From a bacterium (GTDB lineage: Bacteria > Electryoneota > Electryoneia > Electryoneales > Electryoneaceae): a stretch of DNA of 64,000 bases. Positions 11,494 through 20,964 of the stretch are shown here, in pieces. How positions within the stretch are numbered: the first letter of the stretch is position 1; the number at the start of each line of letters is the position of its first letter. The notes under the pieces were generated by a model. The model was not told where the DNA came from. It saw only the letters and a list, made by a program, of their open reading frames with translations, and did no database searches. Position numbers and translations under genes: made by a program. The stretch lies in the NCBI GenBank assembly GCA_963669175.1, contig OY769902.1, positions 96,001 to 160,000 of the forward strand. Reading direction: 5' to 3'.

Positions 11494-13259
11494 GATACCT
11501 GTTCCAATTCGATGATGAAACGTGCGCCGCCACCCTCACGATCTTCCACCAGTACCCGTCCTTTCATCCGCTTCATCTCTTCACGCGCACCAGCTAATCC
11601 CAATCCCGCACCCGGATTCGGGCTACCCTTCAGGGTCTTGAATCGTTTGAATATCTTACGCTTGAAAGCATCCGGGATCCCCGGTCCACGATCTTCCACC
11701 AGGATACGAATCTTGTTTTCCGCTGTGCCCGCCGCAATCCGTATTTCCTTCCCGCCTGCGGCATGACGAACCACATTATCCAGCAGGTTCCGAAGTGCCG
11801 ATGCCAATCGATGCGGATAGACTTTTGTTTTTATCCCCTCGATCATAGCCAGATCGGTTTCAATGTTGATCCCCGCTCCTTCCAGCAATGGGGTAAAGGC
11901 AACGACTTCACGCTGGATCAGGGGCATCAGCTCAACCTGTTTGAGAACTTCACGTCCTGTTTTCCTGCCACGCGATTGCTCGAGAATATTCTCTACAGTC
12001 GCGCCAAGATGCAACGCTTCGTTCTGAATCGTGTTCAGATAGGCAGTCTGCTGATCCGGTTCCGTGATGCGTTTATCCAGCAGGCCTTCGGAATAGAGAC
12101 GAATGTTGGCAAGTGGTGTTCGCAATTCATGGGCAAGGTAATCGAGCAACCTGCGTTGACGGTTCTGCGCGATAATTGCATCGAGGATTACCAGGATGAG
12201 GATCAGCATTGCCAATCCGGCTTCGATATAAAAAGGTTGGAATCGCTGCCATGCTTGCGCGGTAAATCGTGAATACAGGAATGACGCCATTTGAACGCCA
12301 ATCGGACCACAAGATTCCCCTGATTCATTCCCTTCACGGGACAGCACATGCGCGCTGACCTGGGTTTCCCAGCCCGGCATACGATCAAACCGGACTTTCG
12401 GCATGATGAACATATGAGCGGGAATGGTCATAACCGAATCACGCCATGCGTTATGATGTCTGACCTTTTCCACATCCCCAACGGAAAAGAGAGTGTCGCC
12501 TCTTCCATCTTCCAGTAAAAGACCGTAATACCATGAATTCAATTCAGATACAAACTTGGGTTTAATGCCCCAATCTACGCTCTTCTCTCGGGCTTCTGCA
12601 CAAAGTTCGGGTAGTTCGACGAGATAAGCTTCCTTATTCCAGAATACACCGAACGTCTGAAAGAGCATCCGGCTCCTCAGTGTATCCGGTTCCAGTTTGT
12701 TAGGATAAGTGTACTGAGTAAACCCGAGGCTTTTCTGAAGAACACTGCGTACGGAATCCACACGTCCGGAATAGTCTCGCCACTGATCATGCGGCAGATC
12801 GTGCGGCAATTCATGGTCTTTACGGTTGTCATGGATCATATGCCGCCATTTCAGGAAATGGTGGAAGTCCGCCCTCATGGTAGCAGGGACAATGTCGGGC
12901 GGATAGATCAGCAGGGAATCACGAAGAAAATCATAGCCGAAGACACCATCAACAAGCGGATCATCAAGAAGCTGTTCTTTTGCTACGTCCACATATTGAC
13001 GTGTTGTCAATCCGGCTTCACGCCAGCGCTGGACAGTTGCATCCACCTCCTCGAAAGGTTGTTCCAGCACATCCCGGAAACGGTCTTCGATAAAGGCTTC
13101 CTTTTCAAAGGTGGTGTACTGCCAGGTTGCAATCGCGGCCAGGTAACCGGCTCGCATGGCGCTTGGGTTGAACACCAGGAAAATGACCAGCACACCCAGT
13201 GCAATCAGCACCAGTAACAGGCGAAACATGCGTAAACGTCCCATCGTCAATTCCTCCAT
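11490..13259 (-). CDS. Sensor histidine kinase with two TM segments and a large unrecognised extracytoplasmic domain
   Basis: AHELRTPL, NLLDN, DRGPGI and GAGLGL motifs. Translationally coupled to the response regulator. Confidence 0.93.
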   Translation of the reverse strand: MEELTMGRLRMFRLLLVLIALGVLVIFLVFNPSAMRAGYLAAIATWQYTTFEKEAFIEDRFRDVLEQPFEEVDATVQRWREAGLTTRQYVDVAKEQLLDDPLVDGVFGYDFLRDSLLIYPPDIVPATMRADFHHFLKWRHMIHDNRKDHELPHDLPHDQWRDYSGRVDSVRSVLQKSLGFTQYTYPNKLEPDTLRSRMLFQTFGVFWNKEAYLVELPELCAEAREKSVDWGIKPKFVSELNSWYYGLLLEDGRGDTLFSVGDVEKVRHHNAWRDSVMTIPAHMFIMPKVRFDRMPGWETQVSAHVLSREGNESGESCGPIGVQMASFLYSRFTAQAWQRFQPFYIEAGLAMLILILVILDAIIAQNRQRRLLDYLAHELRTPLANIRLYSEGLLDKRITEPDQQTAYLNTIQNEALHLGATVENILEQSRGRKTGREVLKQVELMPLIQREVVAFTPLLEGAGINIETDLAMIEGIKTKVYPHRLASALRNLLDNVVRHAAGGKEIRIAAGTAENKIRILVEDRGPGIPDAFKRKIFKRFKTLKGSPNPGAGLGLAGAREEMKRMKGRVLVEDREGGGARFIIELEQVS

Positions 13260-13373
13260 TAGTTTCTTGCCTGGTCATAGTGTAGAAGTTCGGGAATAAT
13301 GATGGAATAAAACAGGGAGGAAGGAATGTAAAAGAAATGTAAATTTGAGCGAATGATTACTCTAATTGACTAT

Positions 13374-13510
13374 TTGGCCCCGCCGGCTTGAAGCACGCTG
13401 TAGCGCCCTTGGCCCCGCCGGCTTGAAGCATGCTGTTGCGCTATTGGCCCCGCCGGCTTGAAGCATGCTGTTGCGCTATTGGCCCCGCCGGCTTGAAGCA
13501 CGCTGTAGCG
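13374..13510. repeat. Tandem repeat, 4 x 35 bp (TTGGCCCCGCCGGCTTGAAGCA(C/T)GCTGT(A/T)GCG...)
   Basis: Units start at 13374, 13409, 13444 and 13479 with no unique spacers. The unit is the left arm of the GGCCCCG REP-like family. Confidence 0.95.
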
Positions 13511-13680
13511 AAGCGGAAGCGGCTGCCCGGCGGGGTTTATTCTACATAGAGCATCAGTCCGCCTGTAGTCAGGTTGCAGCAAAAGGGGACTGTTTCCTTT
13601 TCGTCGCGCGTTGGTGAGATACCTGTGATGCGGTGAATCGAAAAGGTGACTGTCCCCTTTTGCAGGTGTCTTCTGCTCAG
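13479..13680. repeat. Composite REP-like element (GGCCCCG...CCGGCGGGGTTTATT plus paired AAAAGGGGAC palindromes)
   Basis: Reverse-complement copies occur at about 28310-28417 and 28900-29033. Shorter family members occur at about 14245-14308, 25352-25388, 31460-31494 and 62364-62398. Confidence 0.88.
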
Positions 13681-13838
13681 CATCGAGTAGCCCGGACCGT
13701 CCTCGGTCCGGGAGGTAAGAAACCAAAATGCAAGCAGTCAGGCCAAACGTCCACGCCGAATCTCGAGATACGCCTCGGCGCACAAGTCCTGTCTCTTGCT
13801 CACATCTTCGTGTTTCTGCCACCCCAGAGGGGGTGGTA

Positions 13839-14101
13839 TATTTTAGCGTAGGGTTGACGCTGTCTGTTTAGCGTCTACCCTACGAAAAAGATCAAACCTT
13901 ATCTCAACCCTGGAAGGGTTGCATAACGTATAATTTACACCCAATTGGTTTGTATAGAATATAAAATGCGTTATTTCCTGTATTTATTGAACGTACTAAT
14001 ATGAATCGCGTATTATGCAACCCTTCCAGGGTTGATTATTCGTTAGAATACCTGACATAGTGTACAGGCCAAACAGACGGCCTGTACACTATGCTAAAAT
14101 A
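13839..14101. repeat. REPIN/MITE-like long imperfect palindrome
   Basis: Perfect 23-bp inverted repeat TCAACCCTGGAAGGGTTGCATAA (13904-13926 / 14013-14035). Outer arms TATTTTAGC(G/A)TAG each carry their own hairpin, and the centre is AT-rich. Confidence 0.85.
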
Positions 14102-14336
14102 GGGAATCCCGCCGGGATTCTAAAAATGCTATGTCCACAACTCTTTTACTGATACAGCTTTCAGAAGATGTGGGTAAGAGACAGCGCACAAGTCCCCGGT
14201 CGGAGCCTGGGATGACATGTAGGACTAACTTCTTTACCTCATTAAAATAGACCGCCGCCGGACAAGCGCCTTCTCTTCGTTCCGGCGCTTTCAAGCCGGC
14301 GGGGCCAATAGAGCGTCCTGCATCTGAGGCAAAAGC

Positions 14337-14371
14337 AAAAAAACGGGACAGACCTCGATAGGGCTGTCCCG
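14337..14371 (-). terminator. Intrinsic terminator of the sdh operon
   Basis: CGGGACAG...CTGTCCCG stem followed by T7 on the minus strand. Confidence 0.8.
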
Positions 14372-14449
14372 ATTTATTCTTCAACAAGAATTGTTTCTGT
14401 TTCAGCTTCTTCTGCTGTTTCAGTTTCTGCTTTTACTTCCGTTTCTACC

Positions 14450-15154
14450 CTACCACTTCTCCGACACCACTTTCCGTTGCAATTTGCTGATCGCTTCGGT
14501 CGGATTCAGATCTTTCGGGCAGGCGTGGAAGCAGTTGGTAATCTTGTGACACCGCCACAGGCCATGCTTGTTATCCAGTACCGGCAAGCGTTCTTCGAAG
14601 CCTTTGTCACGAGTGTCAAAGGTATACCGGAACGCTTTCAGCAGGGCCGCCGGGCCGAGGTAGTCCTGATCGTTCCAGAAACTCGGGCAGGAGCTGGTGC
14701 ACGCGCTGCACAGGATGCAGGCGATGCTGTTGCCCATCTGGTGGAACTCATCGGGCGACTGATGCCGTTCTTTCGCAGGCGGCGGTTCATCGTTAATCAG
14801 CCACGGCTTCACCTTCTTGAGAGCCTCGTAGAAGGGTTCCAGGTTCACTACCAGGTCACGGTACACTTCATAGCCCGGTAATGGATCGACTGTAATCACG
14901 CCACCCTTTAACTGGGATATCTGCAATTCACAGGCAAGGTCGTTCAGTCCGTTGATCATCATCGCGCATGACCCGCAGATACCGTGACGGCAGCTCCGGC
15001 GATACGCGAGGGTGCCATCGTGCTCCCACTTGATCGCGTTCAGTGCGTCCAGTACCGTCCAACCGGGTTTGACGTCGATTTCGTAGGACTTGTAGTACGG
15101 CTTCTTGTCCGTTTCCGGGTTGAACCGGAATACTTTGAACGTCCGCTTCGCCAT
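14450..15154 (-). CDS. sdhB: Succinate dehydrogenase iron-sulfur subunit
   Basis: Cys clusters SCRHGICGSC, CILCSACTSSCP and CHKITNCFHACP. RBS GAGGTG precedes ATG 15154. Confidence 0.97.
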   Translation of the reverse strand: MAKRTFKVFRFNPETDKKPYYKSYEIDVKPGWTVLDALNAIKWEHDGTLAYRRSCRHGICGSCAMMINGLNDLACELQISQLKGGVITVDPLPGYEVYRDLVVNLEPFYEALKKVKPWLINDEPPPAKERHQSPDEFHQMGNSIACILCSACTSSCPSFWNDQDYLGPAALLKAFRYTFDTRDKGFEERLPVLDNKHGLWRCHKITNCFHACPKDLNPTEAISKLQRKVVSEKW

Positions 15155-15181
15155 GATCACCTCTTTAAGCGATACACAAGA

Positions 15182-15409
15182 TGACTCACAGGATGTTAGG
15201 ATACAAGGATGATAAGGATAAAACCCTTGGCATCTTGTAAATCCTGCATCATCTCATGTGTTTAGTCCTTTTTAAACTCCTGTCAAAACAATAACAATAT
15301 GTATATATACAATGATTAGAATCCATATCTGTCAACAATCATCATTAAGTAGCTATCCTTGACATCCTTCTATCCTATTATCCTGTCAGGCATTTTATCC
15401 TGTAAGTCA
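15182..15409. repeat. AT-rich insertion-like element between sdhA and sdhB with inverted AGGAT/ATCCT short-period repeats
   Basis: Terminal inverted repeat TGACTCACAGGAT / ATCCTGTAAGTCA (1 mismatch). The left arm has four AGGAT at 8-9-nt period and the right arm has five ATCCT. Confidence 0.7.
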
Positions 15410-15411
15410 AT

Positions 15412-17163
15412 CTAGTATTTACGTTCCATCGGTTCGAAGCCGGGGTGTGTTGTCCCCTTCAGCATGACCGGTTTTTCGAACGTCAGCTTCCAATCGCCGT
15501 TTTCACGCCAGGCAAGGGTATGTTTCAGGAACTTCACGTCATCACGCTTGGGGAAGTCCTTGCGGGCATGACCGCCACGGCTTTCCTCACGCTGCAACGC
15601 ACCTTCCACAACGGCGCCGCTGAACTCGAGCAGATGGCCCAATTCGATCGCTTCCAGCAAATCGGTATTGAATCGGGTACTCTTGTCGTCAATGGTGATG
15701 TTCTTGAAGCGCGTTTCCAGTTCCTTGATCTTTTCTTTCTGGCTGGAAAGCTGTTTTTCGGTACGGAACACACCGCAATCGACCGTCATGGTTTCCTGCA
15801 GTTCCGAACGGATCTGGCCGACCTTTTCCTTGCCCTTGCTGTTCAGGACTGTCTCGATTTCCTGCTTCGCGGATTCGTCGAAATCTTTCGGTACATCCGG
15901 GAAATCAAGGTTGGGCAGGTCTTCCACGATTGTCTTACCAGCACGTCTCCCAAACAGAAGCGCTTCCAGCAGGCTGTTGGTGCCGAGACGATTCGCGCCG
16001 TGAACACTGATACAGGAACATTCACCCGCAGCGTAGAACCCTACAGTTTCATCACGATTCTCGTTGTAGGTCACACGGCAGTTCGGGTTAGCCGGAATGC
16101 CCCCCATGCTGTAATGCGCGGTCGGTTGAATCGGGATCGGCTCCTTGATCGGATCAACACCGGCGAAGTTCATCGCCAGCTCGGTGATCTGCGGGAGACG
16201 CTCCATCAGACGCTCCTTGCCAAGATGCGACACATCCAGGTGGATATAATCCTTCCCGTCAATGCCACGCCCTTCGTCGATTTCCGTCTGCATGGAACGC
16301 GCCACGAGGTCACGCGGTCCCAGTTCCATAAGCGTAGGAGCGTAATCCTCCATGAAACGACGTCCATCCTTGTTCTTCAGGTGCCCGCCTTCACCACGTG
16401 CGCCTTCCGTAACAAGGATACCACTCTGCCATAATCCGGTCGGGTGGAACTGGACAAACTCCATGTCCTGAATCGGCAACCCGGCACGGACAGCCAGCGC
16501 GAGACCGTCACCCGTATTGGCGTGGGCGTTGGATGTAATCTTGAACGCCCGTCCATACCCGCCGGTGCCGAACATGACCGCGCGGCCATAGAAGAAATGC
16601 AGGCCGCCGTTAACCATGTCCCAGGCCATTACGCCAACAGCACGATTCCCATCCATAATCAGGCTGATCGCCTGGAATTCACTGTAAAAGTGAACCCCAT
16701 GCTTCAGGCACTGTTCATGAAGCGTGTGCAGCAACACATGGCCCGTGTAGTCTGCGCTGTAGCAGGCGCGAAGCGAGGGCTCTTTCCCGAACTCGAGTGT
16801 GTGCCCGCCGAACTTCCGTTGCGCGATACGACCCTCGGGGGTACGGCTGAACGGGCAGCCCCAGTGTTCCATCTCGATTACGGTTTCCGGGGCTTCACGC
16901 ACCATCATTTCGATGGCGTCCTGGTCGCCCAGGTAGTCGCTGCCCTTGACCGTATCGAACATGTGGAATTCCCAACGGTCGGTTTCCGAGCCTTTCTCGT
17001 TTGCCAGCGACGCCGCAACGCCGCCCTGCGCCGCTCCGGAATGGGAACGACTGGGATAAACTTTGGTAAGTACGCCTACATCGGCGATTTGACCGATTTC
17101 CACGGCAGCTCGTGAACCGGCCAGACCCGCGCCGATGATGATAACATCATGTCGGTGAATCAT
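15412..17163 (-). CDS. sdhA: Succinate dehydrogenase flavoprotein subunit
   Basis: [16 protein letters not shown] (covalent-FAD His), [32 protein letters not shown] and ESRGGH motifs. Confidence 0.98.
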   Translation of the reverse strand: MIHRHDVIIIGAGLAGSRAAVEIGQIADVGVLTKVYPSRSHSGAAQGGVAASLANEKGSETDRWEFHMFDTVKGSDYLGDQDAIEMMVREAPETVIEMEHWGCPFSRTPEGRIAQRKFGGHTLEFGKEPSLRACYSADYTGHVLLHTLHEQCLKHGVHFYSEFQAISLIMDGNRAVGVMAWDMVNGGLHFFYGRAVMFGTGGYGRAFKITSNAHANTGDGLALAVRAGLPIQDMEFVQFHPTGLWQSGILVTEGARGEGGHLKNKDGRRFMEDYAPTLMELGPRDLVARSMQTEIDEGRGIDGKDYIHLDVSHLGKERLMERLPQITELAMNFAGVDPIKEPIPIQPTAHYSMGGIPANPNCRVTYNENRDETVGFYAAGECSCISVHGANRLGTNSLLEALLFGRRAGKTIVEDLPNLDFPDVPKDFDESAKQEIETVLNSKGKEKVGQIRSELQETMTVDCGVFRTEKQLSSQKEKIKELETRFKNITIDDKSTRFNTDLLEAIELGHLLEFSGAVVEGALQREESRGGHARKDFPKRDDVKFLKHTLAWRENGDWKLTFEKPVMLKGTTHPGFEPMERKY

Positions 17164-17176
17164 CGTTTCCTCCGGT

Positions 17177-17539
17177 TCAGAAAGGTTGGAAGTTGATTAC
17201 GGTAGTGAGGCCGGTGAGCCAGAGAATCACTCCGGCGAACCAGGTAAACCCTACCAGGAACATCCGCCAGCCGTCACGATGGATGTAATCGTGAATGTTC
17301 ATGATCACACCCTGAACCGAGTGATACAGAGCTGCAGACAGGAAAGCGATGTCGATGGTTTTCCAGAGCGGTGTAGACAGACGTGACGCGACTTCAGTAA
17401 AGGTCACGTTGCCACCGTTCAGGAAATGCAGAAACAGGTAATGCAGAACAAATGCGATCAGGATGACCAGTCCGGTGATCCGTTGCCAGATCCAGGCGGT
17501 TGATCCTCCCGAACCGGTACCGTATTGCCTCAATTTCAT
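17177..17539 (-). CDS. sdhD: Succinate dehydrogenase membrane anchor subunit
   Basis: WIWQRITG, three TM helices, H...G...HDY motif, and operon position. Confidence 0.92.
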   Translation of the reverse strand: MKLRQYGTGSGGSTAWIWQRITGLVILIAFVLHYLFLHFLNGGNVTFTEVASRLSTPLWKTIDIAFLSAALYHSVQGVIMNIHDYIHRDGWRMFLVGFTWFAGVILWLTGLTTVINFQPF

Positions 17540-17554
17540 GACAGGCTCCTCGGG

Positions 17555-17938
17555 TTAGAATGGGAAGAATGACACGCCATGGCTGAGATCATGGATGGCA
17601 TGGCCGATCATGACATATCCGCCAAAAATCCAGATCGCGGCCCCTATGGCCATGAGAATGTAGAACAGTACTACGTGTTTTTCCGTGGCGCCGAAAAAGT
17701 CAATCAGCACCAACCGGACCCCGTTTAGCGAGTGATACACCACGCAGAACAACAAGCCCACTTCCAGGAAACGGAACATCGGCGCGGATACTACCGCCAT
17801 TGTCGCTTCAAATGTTTTGGGACCGAGTTGCAGGCTGGATATCACCCAGATGTGTAGAGAAATGTAGAACACGAGGGCAAGTCCTGTGATGCGATGAAGC
17901 ACCCAGGCGCTCATCCCCGTTTGCCAACGATAATGCAT
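17555..17938 (-). CDS. sdhC: Succinate dehydrogenase cytochrome b556 subunit
   Basis: LHRITG and YHSLNGVR motifs. ATG 17938 follows GAGGGGAGG. Confidence 0.93.
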   Translation of the reverse strand: MHYRWQTGMSAWVLHRITGLALVFYISLHIWVISSLQLGPKTFEATMAVVSAPMFRFLEVGLLFCVVYHSLNGVRLVLIDFFGATEKHVVLFYILMAIGAAIWIFGGYVMIGHAIHDLSHGVSFFPF

Positions 17939-18544
17939 GAACCCTCCCCTCAAATCAGGTAGGATCAGGTACTGTACGCGCGATGAAAGCGAAGTGACAT
18001 CCCCGCTCGTCGGGGTTCGCAAAGTGGCGTACAGCCGTCCTTATCAGATAGACGAACGACCCAAAATGTACACCAATTATACCCTTTTCGAAAGGATGAC
18101 CCCCATGGAAACTGGAATCGGGGAGGAGAACTATACGCTGAAATATTGACCGTATACGTTTTGCGACGAGGAAAAAATAGAAGTTTTTACTCCAGACAAA
18201 CAATGTCAGAATTCAATACCGAGAAAAAAATAATGAAATTATTGTGCCTGCGAGATCTGCTCCCCGTAATATTACTTGTTTTATAGTGACTCGACAGTAT
18301 CATTCCCAAGTATCAGCCTGATCTGAACATTCCCAGGATTGGTTTTTCGGGCTACTGAGATTCATGTTACCTGATTCTGCGCTTTCCGCTGCACGTACAA
18401 TGGGCGCCACCGTCTGGCTGCATGGCCCGATGTGCATGGGTACATCTTGATCATGGGTAAAAAGTTGCTATGAATGAAATGGCCGGTTTCAAGACAAAGG
18501 TAGTTGCTCGCAAGAATTTGTGCATATTCTCGACGAACACGTTT

Positions 18545-18798
18545 CGTCAGGTCTTGACGTGATGCCTTTTTCTTGTTCTTTTCCGCAACTTCAGACACTT
18601 GTACGACTTCACACCTGCTTTTTCACATGATAGATCGTCATCAGGCATCACATTGTGACCTGACGACAGCGAGAGTGCCGATACCGGTGGCAGGTCACAA
18701 CGCGACAATAACCAGGTGAGAGGTGGTGTTAGTATCATCGCGCATTCAGGAAAACAATGCGAAAGCCGAAAGCGGAATGTCGCGTCAAGACCTGCCAC
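18545..18798. repeat. Doublet of GTCAGGTC/GGCAGGTC imperfect hairpins with long loops (REP-like)
   Basis: CGTCAGGTCTTGACGTGAT...ATCACATTGTGACCTGACG (18545-18665) and GTGGCAGGTCACAACGCGA...TCGCGTCAAGACCTGCCAC (18687-18798). A mirror-image doublet lies at 51149-51330. Confidence 0.88.
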
Positions 18799-18862
18799 AA
18801 CATTGCCCGGATGCACAAATTCTTATAAGGAACCACAAAGATCAGCAGCACATCGGGAAAAA

Positions 18863-19093
18863 CTACTTCTGAGCCTTCCGTTGGACAAACAGAGGGCAAT
18901 CCACCCAGTCACCTTCGAGATTGCGTGTGCAGAAATAATCTTCCGGTTCTACGTCAACTCCGACAGCATGCAGCGACTGGTTCCACTTCTCCGGGTTGGA
19001 CTTGCGCAGCAGGCACTCGGCTTCCAATAAAGCCGGGGGCACGAACTCATCAAGCGCACGTTCGAACTTCAGCGCGTAATGTGCACAGGCCAT
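18863..19093 (-). CDS. Small hypothetical protein with four spaced cysteines (76 aa)
   Basis: Strong GGAGGTG RBS before ATG 19093. Sequence MACAHY...ECLL...YFC...WVDCPLF. Confidence 0.7.
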   Translation of the reverse strand: MACAHYALKFERALDEFVPPALLEAECLLRKSNPEKWNQSLHAVGVDVEPEDYFCTRNLEGDWVDCPLFVQRKAQK

Positions 19094-19254
19094 AATCACC
19101 TCCACATGAAAAGACTGTGAATTTTTCCTGTCATTAAAAGCTAGTGTGAATTCCCCTTCTCTGCAAGACACTTTCATGTATAAATTGTGAAACTACAGCC
19201 ACTTATACAGGCTTCCCACATCTCCTGAAGAACCACACCTGAACAGTTGCACCA

Positions 19255-19280
19255 AAAAAAAACGGGTCTGGAAAGACCCG
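19255..19280 (-). terminator. Intrinsic terminator
   Basis: CGGGTCT-TTCC-AGACCCG followed by T8, downstream of the aminotransferase. Confidence 0.85.
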
Positions 19281-19315
19281 ATTAAATTTCTCTCTTTTGT
19301 AGAACTTCACAAGAG

Positions 19316-20461
19316 CTAATTCTGTATCATCCTTTCAATTGCTTCCGCAATCCGCTCATCGCTGCTGGTTATCGAAGCACGCACCCAGCCTTCGCCTTTT
19401 TCTCCGAATCCTCGACCAGGTGTCAGGATTACGCCCTTTTTCATCATGCGATCCACAAAAGCCATATCATCATCCACCTGCACCCAGACGAAGAAAGTTG
19501 CCGGGACACGGAAGACCTGCTTTACACCATCCACTTTCGCCAGCCCATCTTCCAGCGTTTGCTTGCGTCTTGCGTAAATCCCGAATGATTCCAGCATCTC
19601 AGCAGGAGGTTCCGAGCCTTTGTATGTCATCAATGCATCGCCCATGGCACGCTGGATGAACACCGGCGCTCCGCTGTCCACCTGGGTTTTCACTTTCACC
19701 ATCGAGGCCAGCGTATCCGCATCGCCCACCGCAAACCCGATACGATAGCCGGTGCTGTTCATCGTCTTGGACAAGCTGTGCAATTCAACCGCTTTGCGAG
19801 TGTATTGAAGAATAGACTGCGGCTTCTCTTCACCAAAGGCCAGCTCACAATAGGCGGCATCCCATGCCACCAAAGTTTCATCAGCATGCGCTTCGGCCCA
19901 CTCCCCTGTTTCCCGGTAAAACTCTTTCGGCGCCAAGGCTCCAGTCGGATTGTTGGGGTAATTCAGGAAGAGGATACGAGCGCCTTCGGCATCGTCCAGA
20001 TTTGGGAGGAAGCCATTTTCCGGATGTAATACCAACGACTGCACGTGTGCATCGTTCAAAGCAGCGCCAGCTCCGGCATAAACCGGGTAACCCGGTGTCG
20101 GCGCGGCAACCTTGTCACCCGGATTAACCACAGCTCTCGCCAGGTCGGCCAACCCCTCTTTTGATCCCAGCGTAACCACAATCTCACGGTCCGGGTCCAA
20201 TTCTACTCCGAAACGCCCCTTAAACCACTGCGCGATCTGCTTCCGTACACCCGCATCTCCCTTGCTGGTCGGGTACTGATGCGAATCGGGATCATCAAGA
20301 TGACGAATCAACGATTCCTGCAGGAATCGTGGTGGACGCAAATCCGGATCGGCAATTCCCAGGTCAATCAAATCCACCCCGGCCGCTTCCAGCTCGGCCG
20401 CTTTGCGTTCCAGTTCAGCGAAAAGGTATGGCGGTAAATTATCAAGTCGTTTGGCACGCAT
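19316..20461 (-). CDS. Class I/II PLP-dependent aminotransferase, LL-diaminopimelate aminotransferase-like
   Basis: LPPYLFA N-terminus, GSKEG, NYPNNPTG, DAAY and SLSKTMNSTGYRIGF (PLP lysine). Confidence 0.9.
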   Translation of the reverse strand: MRAKRLDNLPPYLFAELERKAAELEAAGVDLIDLGIADPDLRPPRFLQESLIRHLDDPDSHQYPTSKGDAGVRKQIAQWFKGRFGVELDPDREIVVTLGSKEGLADLARAVVNPGDKVAAPTPGYPVYAGAGAALNDAHVQSLVLHPENGFLPNLDDAEGARILFLNYPNNPTGALAPKEFYRETGEWAEAHADETLVAWDAAYCELAFGEEKPQSILQYTRKAVELHSLSKTMNSTGYRIGFAVGDADTLASMVKVKTQVDSGAPVFIQRAMGDALMTYKGSEPPAEMLESFGIYARRKQTLEDGLAKVDGVKQVFRVPATFFVWVQVDDDMAFVDRMMKKGVILTPGRGFGEKGEGWVRASITSSDERIAEAIERMIQN

Positions 20462-20633
20462 GTTCTATCCTGAATGTTGTTAAACGCTACCGTGTTACAA
20501 TGGAAAAGATACAACTTTGACGAAGTTTGATATCCACGTCATTGGTCCCGCATTTTCTGTGAGAATTTCCAAACCAAAGGCAACCGTTATAAGATTTCCG
20601 TTTTCTTCTGTGAAAGAGTTCCAAATCAAAGAA

Positions 20634-20744
20634 AACCACGGTAGTGGTTTCCTGTATTAGCCCACCGTCCAGCGCCGTCCGTTTGGCGCTCACGGTGGGA
20701 GAAGAACGCCCCCCACTCACAAACAACCACGGCAGTGGTTGCCT
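20634..20744. repeat. REP-like triple-hairpin element, copy 1 (AACCACGG.AGTGGTT / CCCACCGT...ACGGTGGG)
   Basis: Closely similar direct copy at 39972-40081. Confidence 0.9.
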
Positions 20745-20847
20745 ATGTCCGTAAGTAATACGACAGACTGTTTCAAGAAAACTTCTCTGTTCATACAATT
20801 TCGGGTCATAATTTAATTCGTCTAACTGGAGCCGACACAACAAGTTC

Positions 20848-20890
20848 CGTCAGGTCTTGCGCATACGGTTTTTTTGCGTGTGACCTGACG
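20848..20890. repeat. Single short-loop GTCAGGTC hairpin
   Basis: CGTCAGGTCTTG...TGTGACCTGACG, same ends as 18545-18665. Confidence 0.8.
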
Positions 20891-20964
20891 GGCGTATACA
20901 ATTCAGAAGAAGAACAGGGACTGCCCCCATCGAGGTCTGTCCCACTTTGCACCTGAAATTAATG

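Noticed and set aside
13374-13510. CRISPR array (35-bp repeats)
   Set aside because: The units are directly adjacent with no unique spacers, the unit is a REP arm found elsewhere, and no cas genes are present.
13370-14387. ORFs 13370-13822, 13633-13851 and 14094-14387
   Set aside because: They lie within palindromic repeats and have no protein features.
14374-14448. Acidic reading frame VETEVKAETETAEEAETETILVEE* just after the sdhB stop (possible frameshift extension)
   Set aside because: SdhB is already full length, there is no start or slippery site, and low-complexity purine-rich sequence explains it.
15445-17115. Long antisense ORFs over sdhA, and likewise over the acyl-CoA dehydrogenase, fumC and others
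   Set aside because: They are shadow frames of GC3-rich genes whose opposite strand carries clear family motifs.
18125-18175. c-di-GMP-I riboswitch upstream of sdhC (GCAAA motif on the minus strand)
   Set aside because: The upstream P2 stem with a GAAA tetraloop is absent.
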